From: Candidatus Bathyarchaeota archaeon
Lineage (GTDB): Archaea; Thermoproteota; Bathyarchaeia; Bathyarchaeales; DTEX01
Reading direction: 5' to 3'
Assembly (NCBI GenBank): GCA_018396995.1
Contig: JAGTQB010000001.1
Location: 67,584 to 131,583, forward strand
Length of the DNA stretch: 64,000 nucleotides
The translations under genes were made by a program, and so were the position numbers. Below, piece after piece: positions 17,116 to 26,578 of this stretch. A model generated the notes under the pieces. It was given only the letters and a program-made list of their open reading frames with translations, did not search any database and was not told the DNA's origin. Position 1 is the first letter of the stretch. Every line of letters begins with the position of its first letter.

Positions 17116-18411
17116 GTGCCAACTCAAATGAAGTCTGCTGTAGAGGGACGTGAGACCGAGGAGATGCGTTTAGTTGCTATGGAGGAGGACGAATCCCCGC
17201 AAAATATACGTATGCGTATTGCTGAGGGCTCACTCATAATAACGCGAAATATTATTAGGGAGAATGTTCACCCAGTGGGTATTGGGAAGGGATTGAGGAT
17301 AAAGGTTAATGCAAATGTCGGCACGAGCCAAGACTTATGTGACATAAACCTTGAGGTTGAGAAAGCATCTATAGCCGTCAAGTATGGAGCAGACACGGTC
17401 ATGGATCTTAGCACCAGCGGTAACCTGGATGAAGTAAGAAGGGCGATACTAAAAGCCGTTAACGTCCCAGTTGGAACAGTTCCCATATATCAGGCTGCCA
17501 TAGAAGCCGCTAGGAAGAAGGGCTCAATAGTCCACATGAGTGAGGACGACATCTTCAATGTTATAGAGAAGCATGCGAAGGATGGAGTAGACTTTATGAC
17601 CCTCCACTGCGGGGTCACGAAAGAGATCGTTAACGACCTCACGAAGCAGCCCCGCCTAATGGGAATAGTTAGCAGGGGTGGGGTATTCATAGCAACGTGG
17701 ATAATCCATAATGGTGAAGAAAACCCATTATACAAGAACTATGATTACCTCTTAGAGCTAGCCGCAAAGTATGATTTCGCCATAAGCCTAGGAGATGGAA
17801 TGAGGCCCGGATGTATATTTGACGCAACAGATCACTTCCAGATAAAGGAGCTGCTTACTATTGGAAGGCTCGTCGAGAGAGCCAGGCGTACCTACGTGCA
17901 GGTCATGGTTGAGGGGCCAGGGCACCTCCCGCTTAATCATATTGAGGCAAATGTTAGGCTGGCTAAGGCGATATGCAAAGACGCGCCATTTTATGTGCTC
18001 GGACCAGTTGTAACTGAGATAGCTCCGGGATACGATCATATCGTGGCAGCTATTGGTGGAGCACTCGCGGGTCTAGCTGGCGCAGACTTCCTCTGTTACG
18101 TCACGCCAGCCGAACACTTAGGTCTTCCATCAGTAGATGATGTCAAGGAGGGCGTTATAGCGGCTAGAATAGCAGCTCACGCTGCAGACATAGTTAGGTT
18201 GGGCAGTAAGGCTGCTGTCAGAGATCTAGAGATGGCTAAGGCCAGAGCTAGCCTCAATTGGAGGAAACAGATGGAGAATGCGATAGACCAGAGGAAGGCC
18301 CTTGAGATACGTGGAAGGGTTAAGTTAACTGCTCCAGAAGCATGCTCAATGTGCTCGGAGTATTGCGCAATAAAGATGATGAGAGAATACTTCAAGACTT
18401 CATGTTTCTGA
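17116..18411 (+). CDS. thiC: Phosphomethylpyrimidine synthase ThiC
   Basis: 431 aa. It has VNANVGTS, DTVMDLSTGG-like, HCGV, MVEGPGH, and the C-terminal CSMCSEYCA cluster motif. Confidence 0.95.
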   Translation: MPTQMKSAVEGRETEEMRLVAMEEDESPQNIRMRIAEGSLIITRNIIRENVHPVGIGKGLRIKVNANVGTSQDLCDINLEVEKASIAVKYGADTVMDLSTSGNLDEVRRAILKAVNVPVGTVPIYQAAIEAARKKGSIVHMSEDDIFNVIEKHAKDGVDFMTLHCGVTKEIVNDLTKQPRLMGIVSRGGVFIATWIIHNGEENPLYKNYDYLLELAAKYDFAISLGDGMRPGCIFDATDHFQIKELLTIGRLVERARRTYVQVMVEGPGHLPLNHIEANVRLAKAICKDAPFYVLGPVVTEIAPGYDHIVAAIGGALAGLAGADFLCYVTPAEHLGLPSVDDVKEGVIAARIAAHAADIVRLGSKAAVRDLEMAKARASLNWRKQMENAIDQRKALEIRGRVKLTAPEACSMCSEYCAIKMMREYFKTSCF

Positions 18412-18441
18412 TTACTCTCTGCTTTATTAGGAGAAATAGTT

Positions 18442-19824
18442 ATGCATGGGGCTTCTTATAGCGGTAGGATTCCAGTAACCATCACTATTGCGGGGAGTGA
18501 TTCCGGGGGAGGGGCTGGGATACAGGCTGACCTCAAAACCTTCGCAGCTCTCGGGGTACATGGCACAACAGCTGTGACATGTGTGACAGCCCAAAACACG
18601 TATTCTATAACCGCTATAGAGTGCCTTAGACCTGAGATTGTTAGAGAGCAGATAAGGCAGGTTGCTGAAGATATGGGGATTAATGCTGGGAAAACTGGGA
18701 TGCTATATACTGCGGAGATCATTAACACCGTTGCAGAGGAAGTCTCTAGGCATGGCTTTCCACTGGTAGTTGACCCAGTTATGGTCGCAAAGTCCGGAGC
18801 TCCGCTCCTAAGGCCTGAGGCGGAGGAGGCGTTAAAGAGGAGCCTCTTACCTATTGCTACCGTTGTTACACCAAATAAATTTGAGGCTGAGAGATTAGCC
18901 AAAATGGAGATAAGGAGTATTGAGGATGCGAAGGAGGCTGCCGAGAGGATAGGCTCCCTGGGCCCTGAGGCGGTCGTCGTTAAAGGTGGGCACTTTGAGA
19001 CTGCTGGAGAGAGTGTTGATGTGCTCTATTATAGGGGTGAAAAACACGTTTTTAGGACGCCAAGAATATATGCCAAGACAACACATGGCACAGGCTGTAG
19101 CTTCTCAGCCGCCATCGCAGCATACCTCGCTAAGGGTGCGGACATAGTTTCAGCTGTCAGGCTTGCTAAGGAGTTCATTACGGAGGCCATAAGGTTCGGC
19201 CTAAATATTGGTAAAGGAACTGGCCCAGTGAACCCAATGGCCCACATTTACAAAGAAGCTGAGAGGTACCATGTTCTGAAAAATATCTCTGAAGCAAAGA
19301 GTATACTTGAGTCCACGCCCGGCGTTGGTAGGCTCATTCCTGAAGTGGGCATGAACATCGCCATGGCATTATTATATGCGAGCGGGGTTGAAGATGTAGC
19401 CGCCATACCGGGCAGGCTCGTAAAGGTATTTGACGGCGTTAGGGCGGCTTCCTGTCCAGAGTTCGGCGCTTCAAGTCACCTAGCCAGATATATACTAGAA
19501 ATAATGAAGCATGATACCAAGAAGAGAGCTGCGGTAAACGTTATGTACTCTGAGGAGGTGCTGAATATCCTTAGAGAGATGGGTTTGAAGATATCCTTCT
19601 ATGATAGGGCTGAGGAGCCTGAGGAGATAAAGCGTGTTGAGGGAATGACTATCCCATGGGGTGTTAGGCAGGCCATAGCTAGAGTTAGTGGGGTGCCGGA
19701 CGTGATATATCATAGGGGTGATATTGGTAAGGAGCCTATGGTAGTTATCTTCGGAGAGGACGCTGTCTCCCTTGCCAAACTCATCTCTAAAATTGTCCGC
19801 AAAAACATCCAAGATGAGAGCTAA
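18442..19824 (+). CDS. thiD: Bifunctional ThiD kinase / ThiN thiamine-phosphate synthase (archaeal ThiDN)
   Basis: 460 aa. The N-terminal half is ThiD ([38 protein letters not shown]). The C-terminal ~190 aa is ThiN-like (IPEVGMNI...). Confidence 0.9.
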   Translation: MHGASYSGRIPVTITIAGSDSGGGAGIQADLKTFAALGVHGTTAVTCVTAQNTYSITAIECLRPEIVREQIRQVAEDMGINAGKTGMLYTAEIINTVAEEVSRHGFPLVVDPVMVAKSGAPLLRPEAEEALKRSLLPIATVVTPNKFEAERLAKMEIRSIEDAKEAAERIGSLGPEAVVVKGGHFETAGESVDVLYYRGEKHVFRTPRIYAKTTHGTGCSFSAAIAAYLAKGADIVSAVRLAKEFITEAIRFGLNIGKGTGPVNPMAHIYKEAERYHVLKNISEAKSILESTPGVGRLIPEVGMNIAMALLYASGVEDVAAIPGRLVKVFDGVRAASCPEFGASSHLARYILEIMKHDTKKRAAVNVMYSEEVLNILREMGLKISFYDRAEEPEEIKRVEGMTIPWGVRQAIARVSGVPDVIYHRGDIGKEPMVVIFGEDAVSLAKLISKIVRKNIQDES

Positions 19825-21206
19825 AGCGCCACCAGCACTACAACATCATTAACATTTGTTCCAGTTGGGCCGATGAAAATAAGATCCCCAAGGTGCCTAA
19901 AGAATGTATAAGAATCATTATTGAGTAGGTATTCTTCAGGACTTAAACCCATGCCCCTAGCCCTTTCAATGGTTGATCCATCAGCAATAGCCCCAGCAGC
20001 ATCCGTTGGGCCATCAACACCGTCAGTGCTGAAGGACGCTATAGTAACACCCCTTAACCCAGATATGCGTAGAGCGGCTGAGAGAGCTAGCTCCTGATTT
20101 CTACCACCCCTGCCCTTACCAGTAACTATTACAGTTGTCTCCCCACCAGCGACTACGCCAGCAGGGCGCCTTACTGGATTTCCTGAGAACACAACCTCCC
20201 TAGCTATGCTACCAAGGAAAGAGCCTATGACACGAGCCTCGCCCTCCATATAAGTGGTCAATAATAGTGTGTTTAAGCCTTCCTCAGTAAGCTCTTTTAT
20301 GGCAGCCATGCACGCCAGCCTATTATTTCCAACAACAAAATTGTGCACCCTCTTGAAGCAGGGTTCCCCAGCCTTAGGAGTTTCCTCAACTAGACCCATC
20401 TCCCCATTAATTAAAAGCTTTCTGACCGATTCCGGAATACTTTCCCAGACGTTATATTTCTTCAGAACGCTTACCGCATCTTTGAATGTTGTTGAGTCAG
20501 GAACAGTTGGCCCGGAGGCTATCACATCTAGCGGGTCTCCGACAACGTCGGAGAGCAGTAGGCTTATTACTGTTGCTGGGTAAGCGGCTTTGGCGAGATG
20601 CCCGCCCTTAAACATTGACAAATGTTTTCTAACGGAATTTATCTCATCTATTTTTGCACCACATTTAAGCAAGATGTCAGTAATCCTCCTCTTATCCTCA
20701 AGGGATATTCCCTCACGGGGATAAGCCATTAGGCTCGACCCTCCTCCGGAGATGAGACATAGAATTAAGTCTGACTCACCAGCGCCCTTAACTAACTCAA
20801 GTATCCTCTCAGCGCCTTTGACGCTGCTTTCATCCGGAATTGGATGGCCCGCCTCATGAAGCCTAACAAACCTAACATTAACCTTTCCTGCTGTGCCCCG
20901 TGGGACAACAACTATTCCATCGCTTATCTTATCGCCTAAAATCTCCTCTATGGCCTCAGCCATGTATCCGCTGGCCTTACCGCCGCCCACGACGAATATT
21001 CTATTAAAGGATTTAAGGTCGAATGTCGCCCCATCAATGATGAGCTTCTCACCAATAACCTTAACCCTGGAGTGAATAATGCCCTTAGGATCAGCCGCCT
21101 CAATAGCCCTCTCAATAGCATTTAGGATTATCTCCCTAGCTCTTCGATCGAGATTTGAGGATGCATTACCTAAGATCTCATCCCTATTCTTAACCCTAAC
21201 GCCCAT
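19821..21206 (-). CDS. Glycerate 2-kinase (MOFRL / TtuD family)
   Basis: It carries MOFRL-family blocks (VVGGGKASGYMA, LISGGGSSL, GGETTV.V.G.GRGGRNQE, STDG.DGPTDAAGA). The start is taken at the internal ATG 21206 (MGVRVKN...), because the 36 codons further upstream overlap the divergent promoter. Confidence 0.85.
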   Translation of the reverse strand: MGVRVKNRDEILGNASSNLDRRAREIILNAIERAIEAADPKGIIHSRVKVIGEKLIIDGATFDLKSFNRIFVVGGGKASGYMAEAIEEILGDKISDGIVVVPRGTAGKVNVRFVRLHEAGHPIPDESSVKGAERILELVKGAGESDLILCLISGGGSSLMAYPREGISLEDKRRITDILLKCGAKIDEINSVRKHLSMFKGGHLAKAAYPATVISLLLSDVVGDPLDVIASGPTVPDSTTFKDAVSVLKKYNVWESIPESVRKLLINGEMGLVEETPKAGEPCFKRVHNFVVGNNRLACMAAIKELTEEGLNTLLLTTYMEGEARVIGSFLGSIAREVVFSGNPVRRPAGVVAGGETTVIVTGKGRGGRNQELALSAALRISGLRGVTIASFSTDGVDGPTDAAGAIADGSTIERARGMGLSPEEYLLNNDSYTFFRHLGDLIFIGPTGTNVNDVVVLVAL

Positions 21207-21238
21207 ACCACCACAAAAAACAAATACTTCGCTTAAGG

Positions 21239-21249
21239 AAATATATAAA
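21239..21249. promoter_or_regulatory. Putative shared TATA element between divergent glycerate kinase and radical SAM genes
   Basis: aaatatataaa sits in the 67-nt spacer. It is about 25 nt upstream of TTG 21274 (near-leaderless) and about 35 nt from ATG 21206 on the other strand. Confidence 0.4.
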
Positions 21250-21273
21250 GTTAAGTGGCTGGTGGATCTTTTA

Positions 21274-22338
21274 TTGAGGGAAACTTTAAGTTCACCTGTA
21301 GTCCGTGAATCCATCTTTTATAGGCGGATCTCTGGGGATAAGGTTGAATGTGCGCTCTGTGAGCGAAGGTGTATAATTTCTTCTGGGGAATATGGCTTCT
21401 GTAAAACTCGCTTAAACATTAACGGTAAGCTCTACACAGTCGTCTATGGCTTCTTAAGCGCTATAGAAAGTAGGCCAATTGAGATAAAGCCATTCTTCCA
21501 TTACTGGCCGGGCTCAACGGCCCTCACATACTCAACATGGTCATGTAACTTTCTATGCCCATGGTGTCAAAACTGGACACTATCAAAGCACCCGCCAAAC
21601 CTGAAAAACATAGAATATTACACTCCAGAGGAACTCGTTGATCTAGCTATAAAATATGGTGACGAGGGCCTATGCTCAAGCTTTCAGGAGCCAACCCTCC
21701 TGACAGATTGGAATATTGATGCATTCAGGGTTGGGCGTGTGAGAGACCTCTACGCGTGCTATGTCTCTAACGGCTATATGACTCTAGAGGTCTTAAGAGC
21801 CCTATTTGAGTCTGGTATGGATGGGCTGAAGATCGACATTAAGGGTGACCCAGAGGTTTATGAGAAGTATTGCGGTGGAATAGATGCGGATAAGGTTTGG
21901 AGGAATGCCAGAGAGGCAAAGAGGATGGGTTTTCATGTCGAGCTGGTTAACCTTGTGATCACAGATGTTAATGATGATGAGGAGTGTCTGAGGAGTGTAA
22001 TAGAGAGGGCTATTAAGGAAGTTGGCCCGGACACGCCCATACACTTTACCAGATACTACCCGGCATATAAGTTTGATAAGCCCGCAACTAACATAAAGAC
22101 ACTCGAGGACGCCTACAAGATGGCTAAGAACCTTGGTGTATTATATCCATATATAGGTAATGTTCCAGGACATAGATATGAGAACACATACTGCCCAAAC
22201 TGCAATGAAGTCTTGATAAAAAGGTATGGTTTCAGCGTCATACGCTATAATATCACTGAGGATAAGAGGTGTCCTAAATGCGGCTACCAAATAAATATAC
22301 GCGGCCAATATGTGAAAAAGAAGCGTGAGCTCATTTAA
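21274..22338 (+). CDS. AmmeMemoRadiSam-system radical SAM enzyme (PflA-like activase family)
   Basis: It has ...FYRRISGDKVECALCERRCIISSGEYGFCKTR (the N-terminal Cys motif of this family), then WSCNFLCPWCQNW (Cx3Cx2C). The track ORF (21079) extends over the antisense glycerate kinase start. The start is set at TTG 21274; GTG 21262 is also possible. Confidence 0.8.
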   Translation: MRETLSSPVVRESIFYRRISGDKVECALCERRCIISSGEYGFCKTRLNINGKLYTVVYGFLSAIESRPIEIKPFFHYWPGSTALTYSTWSCNFLCPWCQNWTLSKHPPNLKNIEYYTPEELVDLAIKYGDEGLCSSFQEPTLLTDWNIDAFRVGRVRDLYACYVSNGYMTLEVLRALFESGMDGLKIDIKGDPEVYEKYCGGIDADKVWRNAREAKRMGFHVELVNLVITDVNDDEECLRSVIERAIKEVGPDTPIHFTRYYPAYKFDKPATNIKTLEDAYKMAKNLGVLYPYIGNVPGHRYENTYCPNCNEVLIKRYGFSVIRYNITEDKRCPKCGYQINIRGQYVKKKRELI

Positions 22339-22346
22339 CAAGCACT

Positions 22347-23186
22347 CTAAATGTAGTGGCCGAGCAGTAATGCAGCTGATACCGCAATGGCTATTACCAC
22401 GAATGTTTGAAAGAAGATCACTTTCCATGACATCCTCGCCTTGCGGGAGCGGTAGTATACCAAGAAGACTCCTATCATAGCCCCAACTATAAGTAGTGAT
22501 AGGAGTATATCGGTGGGGTATGGCAATAATAGGAATGTCACAAGTGGTATTATGCCTGATATGAAGGTTGTTGCACCACACGCTAATGAAGCAAGCATAC
22601 TAAATCTGCTTCTCTTAGAGCGCAATAGGTTAAAAATCCCCCTTGTCAACAACATAGCTCTTTCCCTCTCCTTTGCATCAGAGATATCGCTTAAACTGTA
22701 GGATATCAAGTTCTGTAGTGTTTCTAGATCTGCTAGATCCTCAGTTATCCCACCTAGTAAGAAGCTTGAGAAGTTCGTTAGGGCAACAACCGCTAAGCTC
22801 AGTAAGGAAGCAATGAGCGCAACTTTTGACGTTAAGCCAGCTATAAGCGATGAGATTATTACAACGAGGCTGGTGATGGATCCGTCGGCTATTCCTACAA
22901 CAACCTCTAATATTGGCTCATATTTATAGAGGAAGCTCCTCCACGCGGAGCTTATGCTAGCACCCCTACTTGTCAGCTTAATAGCATCTCCATAATCAAC
23001 TATTAAACCTTCCTCAACCATGCTTCTAAGAGTTTTATTAAAATCCCCCTCATCCACACACAAATATCCATCACAAATGTTCCTTATCCTATGCTTTAGC
23101 TTATCCTTTGAAATCCCTCTTCTACCACATTCCACTAGAATTAAAGTTCTTAGAAGGTCTTCTAAATCCTGAATCTCAAGGGACAA
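22347..23186 (-). CDS. Membrane protein with N-terminal winged-helix-like domain fused to a VIT1/CCC1-like domain
   Basis: 279 aa. The N-terminal ~90 aa are soluble and helix-turn-helix-like (...SMVEEGLIVDYGDAIKLTSRG). This is followed by VVGIADGSITSLVVIISSLIAG and further TM helices resembling the VIT family. The assignment is tentative. Confidence 0.45.
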   Translation of the reverse strand: MSLEIQDLEDLLRTLILVECGRRGISKDKLKHRIRNICDGYLCVDEGDFNKTLRSMVEEGLIVDYGDAIKLTSRGASISSAWRSFLYKYEPILEVVVGIADGSITSLVVIISSLIAGLTSKVALIASLLSLAVVALTNFSSFLLGGITEDLADLETLQNLISYSLSDISDAKERERAMLLTRGIFNLLRSKRSRFSMLASLACGATTFISGIIPLVTFLLLPYPTDILLSLLIVGAMIGVFLVYYRSRKARMSWKVIFFQTFVVIAIAVSAALLLGHYI

Positions 23187-23319
23187 TTTACGTTATCCAC
23201 CGCTCTCTTGCGGGAAATTAGTAGATTAATACGGAAAGTATAAACTTTTCTCAAGGTTAATGGCTCATCACATTTAGAGAGACTTTTACTCCATAAATGC
23301 TCCAAGGATATTACAATAA

Positions 23320-24021
23320 TTAGACGTACTGTATGTAAAAGTGAGCTACTTCGCCTAAGTGGACTATGAGGTTTTGGAGGAAATCATTTATTTGAAGTAT
23401 TGGCACTATGGGTGTTTTTTCATGAAATTTATATTGTGAGGGGTACAACGAGAGAACAACTGGCACAAAGTATGCATGTTCCCATCCACCTATACCAAGC
23501 TTACCCCTAATGCGCCTTGAGACGTCAGCCAAAGCCCTTGTCCTCTCAACCTGATCCCTAGCCGCCTCAGCGCTAGCTGATCCACTCCAGCCCCGGCGCC
23601 AATGCTTACAGTCAGCGGAGATAACCAAAGGCTTCTTGACGCCAATTAAGTCTATCTCCCACCTCTTCCCAAACCATCTAAAGCGGAAATTCATGATAAC
23701 CTTAAATCCATTTAGCTCCAGGGACTCTCTTGAGAACTGCTCGAACTCTGACCAAGTTAGAAATCTTGCGACTCTCTCAACGTCAGAGCCCAAATTGATG
23801 GATCTAATAGCGAGCTTTAGACGCTGCTCCCCACTGGCAATAACCCTATCGCCATCCAGTCTCAATAGTCCAGTTTCATGAAGTCTATTCAGTGTCTCTA
23901 AGACCTCCGCCTGCGGCACTCTAGCATCCATGCAAATGCTTCTGATATCAGAGCTAGTTCCATCCCTAGTATTCTTTAGGACTGCTATTAAAGTCTCCCT
24001 CTCAGCAAGCATGGAACACAC
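23320..24021 (-). CDS. wHTH plus PD-(D/E)xK (Mrr-cat/restriction-endonuclease-like) domain protein
   Basis: 233 aa. The N-terminal wHTH is AEVLETLNRLHETGLLRLDGDRV. The C-terminal nuclease-like core is WEIDLIG...LVISADCKHW, a D..(D/E)xK arrangement. Confidence 0.55.
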   Translation of the reverse strand: MCSMLAERETLIAVLKNTRDGTSSDIRSICMDARVPQAEVLETLNRLHETGLLRLDGDRVIASGEQRLKLAIRSINLGSDVERVARFLTWSEFEQFSRESLELNGFKVIMNFRFRWFGKRWEIDLIGVKKPLVISADCKHWRRGWSGSASAEAARDQVERTRALADVSRRIRGKLGIGGWEHAYFVPVVLSLYPSQYKFHEKTPIVPILQINDFLQNLIVHLGEVAHFYIQYV

Positions 24022-24049
24022 TAGCTAAAAGATTTAGATGCCCACAGAT

Positions 24050-24502
24050 TTAAATTATCTCGACGTGGACATTACGTACCTCGCTATTAACAATCCTATA
24101 TGCTGCAATCTCATAATTAATTAATGATATTATTAACCATATGCTCTCAGGCCAGAGTCTCATAAACTTTACATCAATATCAGAGGGGGTTGCGGAACCG
24201 GGGTGCGAGTGGAAGAAGCCGACGTGCCTTAACCCTTCATTCTCAGACCTCATTAGCTCGGCAAGAAATTCCTCTGGATCAATTTGGAACGCCACGGATG
24301 AATTAAGAATATTACTCAAAATGACAACCTTCTTGATCAATATTCTCCCATCACTATTAATTAATCCAAAAAGGGCTCCACAAATTTCCAATGGGTAACT
24401 CTTTTGAGCTGCCTTAATTAGCCAATCCACCTCTCTCTTACTTAACCTAATGATCAAACCCTCATCCTTGCTCATGAACTTAACTCCACTGTCATCATAC
24501 AC
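24050..24502 (-). CDS. JAB1/MPN/JAMM metalloprotease
   Basis: 150 aa with PLEICGALFG (the Glu region) and GFFHSHPGSATPSDID (the HxHx7Sx2D JAMM motif). The start may be Met10 (24475). Confidence 0.85.
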   Translation of the reverse strand: MYDDSGVKFMSKDEGLIIRLSKREVDWLIKAAQKSYPLEICGALFGLINSDGRILIKKVVILSNILNSSVAFQIDPEEFLAELMRSENEGLRHVGFFHSHPGSATPSDIDVKFMRLWPESIWLIISLINYEIAAYRIVNSEVRNVHVEII

Positions 24503-24597
24503 CCATTACGTTTTTCACGCTTAAAAAACATTTCATCTCTCTTCTTTTAATAACCTTCTTATTAAGATAATTATCATTATGTTTAATATGAGCGGAC

Positions 24598-25875
24598 TTG
24601 ACCGACATTTGTCTCCTATTTGAGGTACACCAACCATTCAGGCTAAAACGTGATTTCAATATCGGAGCTGCTTTCCAGAGAGGGTTTAGTGCTGAGGAGC
24701 TACATGAAGTCTATTTTGACAATAAAGTTAATAGAGAGATATTTATGCGAGTCTCCAGTAGATGTTACTTCCCAGCAACTAAGATAATTTTAGAGCAAAT
24801 AGAGAAACACCGCGCTGGGAAGAAGCCGTTTAAGGTTTCCTTTAGTTTTTCCGGGACATTTCTCGAGCAGTGCGAAAGGTGGGGCCCAGACTTATTGGAC
24901 CTCTTCAAACAAATTGTTAATACTGGATGCGTCGAGCTGCTAGGCCAAACCTATTATCATTCATTGGCAAGCCTAAATACATATGATAAGGCAGAATTTA
25001 TTGAGCAGGTTAAGATGCATAGGCAGGTCATTAAAGACCTATTTAACTATGTTCCTGAAACATTTGAGAATACTGAATGTATATATAATGATGAGGTTGC
25101 CAAGACCGCTGAAGCCCTTGGATTCAAGACTGTTATCACAGAGGGCGTCGAGAGGATACTTGGCTGGAGGTCACCGAACTATATTTATAAAGCTAAGGGC
25201 TCCTCAGTAAACCTCCTCTTACGCAATTATAGGCTCTCAGACGACATAAGCTTCCGTTTTGCATCAACTTGGTGGGATCAGTGGCCCCTAACGGCTGATA
25301 AGTATGCTTCTTGGCTCGCCCATACACCGGGGCAAGTCATAATAATATTCCTAGACTATGAGACTTTCGGGGAGCACCACTGGGCTGAGAGCGGAATACT
25401 AGAGTTTCTCAGATGGCTCCCAACAGAGGTAGTGAAGTGGGATAATCTTTGTTGGTCTACTCCTAAAGAGGTTGTTCAGAAGTATGCTCCATGCGACGAA
25501 ATAGTTGTTCCGCCAGAGAGTACCATCTCATGGGCCGATGTTGAGCGGGATTTGAGCGCATGGCTTGGAAACCCGTATCAGATAACATTATTTGAGATAC
25601 TCAATGAAATTGGGCTCCTCGTCAAAGAATTGAACGATCCCAACTTACTCAGAATTTGGCGGCATCTGCAGACAAGCGACCACTTCCATTATATGTGCAC
25701 TAAGGGCGGAGGTTCAGGGATGGTCCATGACCTATTTAATCCCTATGGGGGCTCCATAGGGGCCTTAAAGGTTTATATGAAGGTTCTATTAGATCTGGGA
25801 GCTAGGTGCCTACTAATAAGTAGTAAACGTAGCTCAGCTAGGAGACGCTCACGAAAGATCGTGTCTATAAAGTAG
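24598..25875 (+). CDS. Glycoside hydrolase family 57 (alpha-amylase / alpha-glucan-active enzyme)
   Basis: 425 aa with a TTG start. It has the N-terminal FEVHQPFRL and later DYETFGEHHW, typical GH57 blocks. Confidence 0.85.
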   Translation: MTDICLLFEVHQPFRLKRDFNIGAAFQRGFSAEELHEVYFDNKVNREIFMRVSSRCYFPATKIILEQIEKHRAGKKPFKVSFSFSGTFLEQCERWGPDLLDLFKQIVNTGCVELLGQTYYHSLASLNTYDKAEFIEQVKMHRQVIKDLFNYVPETFENTECIYNDEVAKTAEALGFKTVITEGVERILGWRSPNYIYKAKGSSVNLLLRNYRLSDDISFRFASTWWDQWPLTADKYASWLAHTPGQVIIIFLDYETFGEHHWAESGILEFLRWLPTEVVKWDNLCWSTPKEVVQKYAPCDEIVVPPESTISWADVERDLSAWLGNPYQITLFEILNEIGLLVKELNDPNLLRIWRHLQTSDHFHYMCTKGGGSGMVHDLFNPYGGSIGALKVYMKVLLDLGARCLLISSKRSSARRRSRKIVSIK

Positions 25876-26230
25876 AGGTTTTAGTCCTTCTTAACTCCTT
25901 CTCTTTAAGCCTTCTAACTTCGAGCTCTATTTCATCTTTTAATGTCCATTCATTAAACCATCTTTTACATTCGACACAGTAATGGGCATCTGGAGCATGT
26001 AGGGCGGGGTCGTCAAGGAATTTATGGCCAACTGGGCACCTTAGAAGATAGAGGCGTAACCGCTCATTTAGTGATGAAAGCTCGTTGGAGGATAAAGCTA
26101 AGGACTCCGTTATCTCATATATTGGATACTTTTCAAGGTAAAGAACTCTAACTATCTCCTCTTTAGACAAGCCAGCTGCCCGCATCTCACTTATACGTTC
26201 GGTAATCGGCTTCTTCCCCAAAAAAGTCAC
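25865..26230 (-). CDS. Hypothetical protein, HTH-like N-terminus plus zinc-ribbon-like C-terminus
   Basis: 121 aa with RAAGLSKEEIVRVL (HTH-like) and CPVGHK...CVECKRW. It has a 4-nt overlap with the upstream RAM-domain gene. Confidence 0.4.
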   Translation of the reverse strand: MTFLGKKPITERISEMRAAGLSKEEIVRVLYLEKYPIYEITESLALSSNELSSLNERLRLYLLRCPVGHKFLDDPALHAPDAHYCVECKRWFNEWTLKDEIELEVRRLKEKELRRTKTSTL

Positions 26231-26463
26231 CTAGCGTGGCTCACTAACACTATCCTCGTATCTGTTCCCTGAACTCCATTAATCTCCCTAATCTTAAACA
26301 CTATCCTGCTCAGCTCATCAACATTCTCCGCTGAGACCTTCGCTATTATATCAATATCCCCAGTAACTTCATATACTTCCTTAACACCATCAATCTCAGC
26401 TATCTTTGATGCAATTCTTGATACGGCGTCTATATTGACTCGGACAAATACAAATGCCAACAT
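26227..26463 (-). CDS. Stand-alone Lrp/AsnC-type ligand-binding (RAM) domain protein
   Basis: 78 aa. It has V.V.......V...I.EIDGVKEVYEVTGDIDIIAKV......L, the typical RAM fold sequence pattern. Confidence 0.75.
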   Translation of the reverse strand: MLAFVFVRVNIDAVSRIASKIAEIDGVKEVYEVTGDIDIIAKVSAENVDELSRIVFKIREINGVQGTDTRIVLVSHAR

Positions 26464-26578
26464 ACATTACTCCCAAAAAGATAGTTTCAGAAAATAACCT
26501 GTTAAATTTTTTTCTTAATTCCAAAATATTAGAAAGATTTAAGATATCTCAAATTTTCTTGTAGTTAGGAGAACTATT

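Noticed and set aside
21079-21273. A 65-codon N-terminal extension of the radical SAM ORF (track start 21079).
   Set aside because: It is antisense to the 5' end of glycerate 2-kinase and runs through the shared TATA element. The conserved N-terminus (FYRRISGDKVEC) starts just after TTG 21274.
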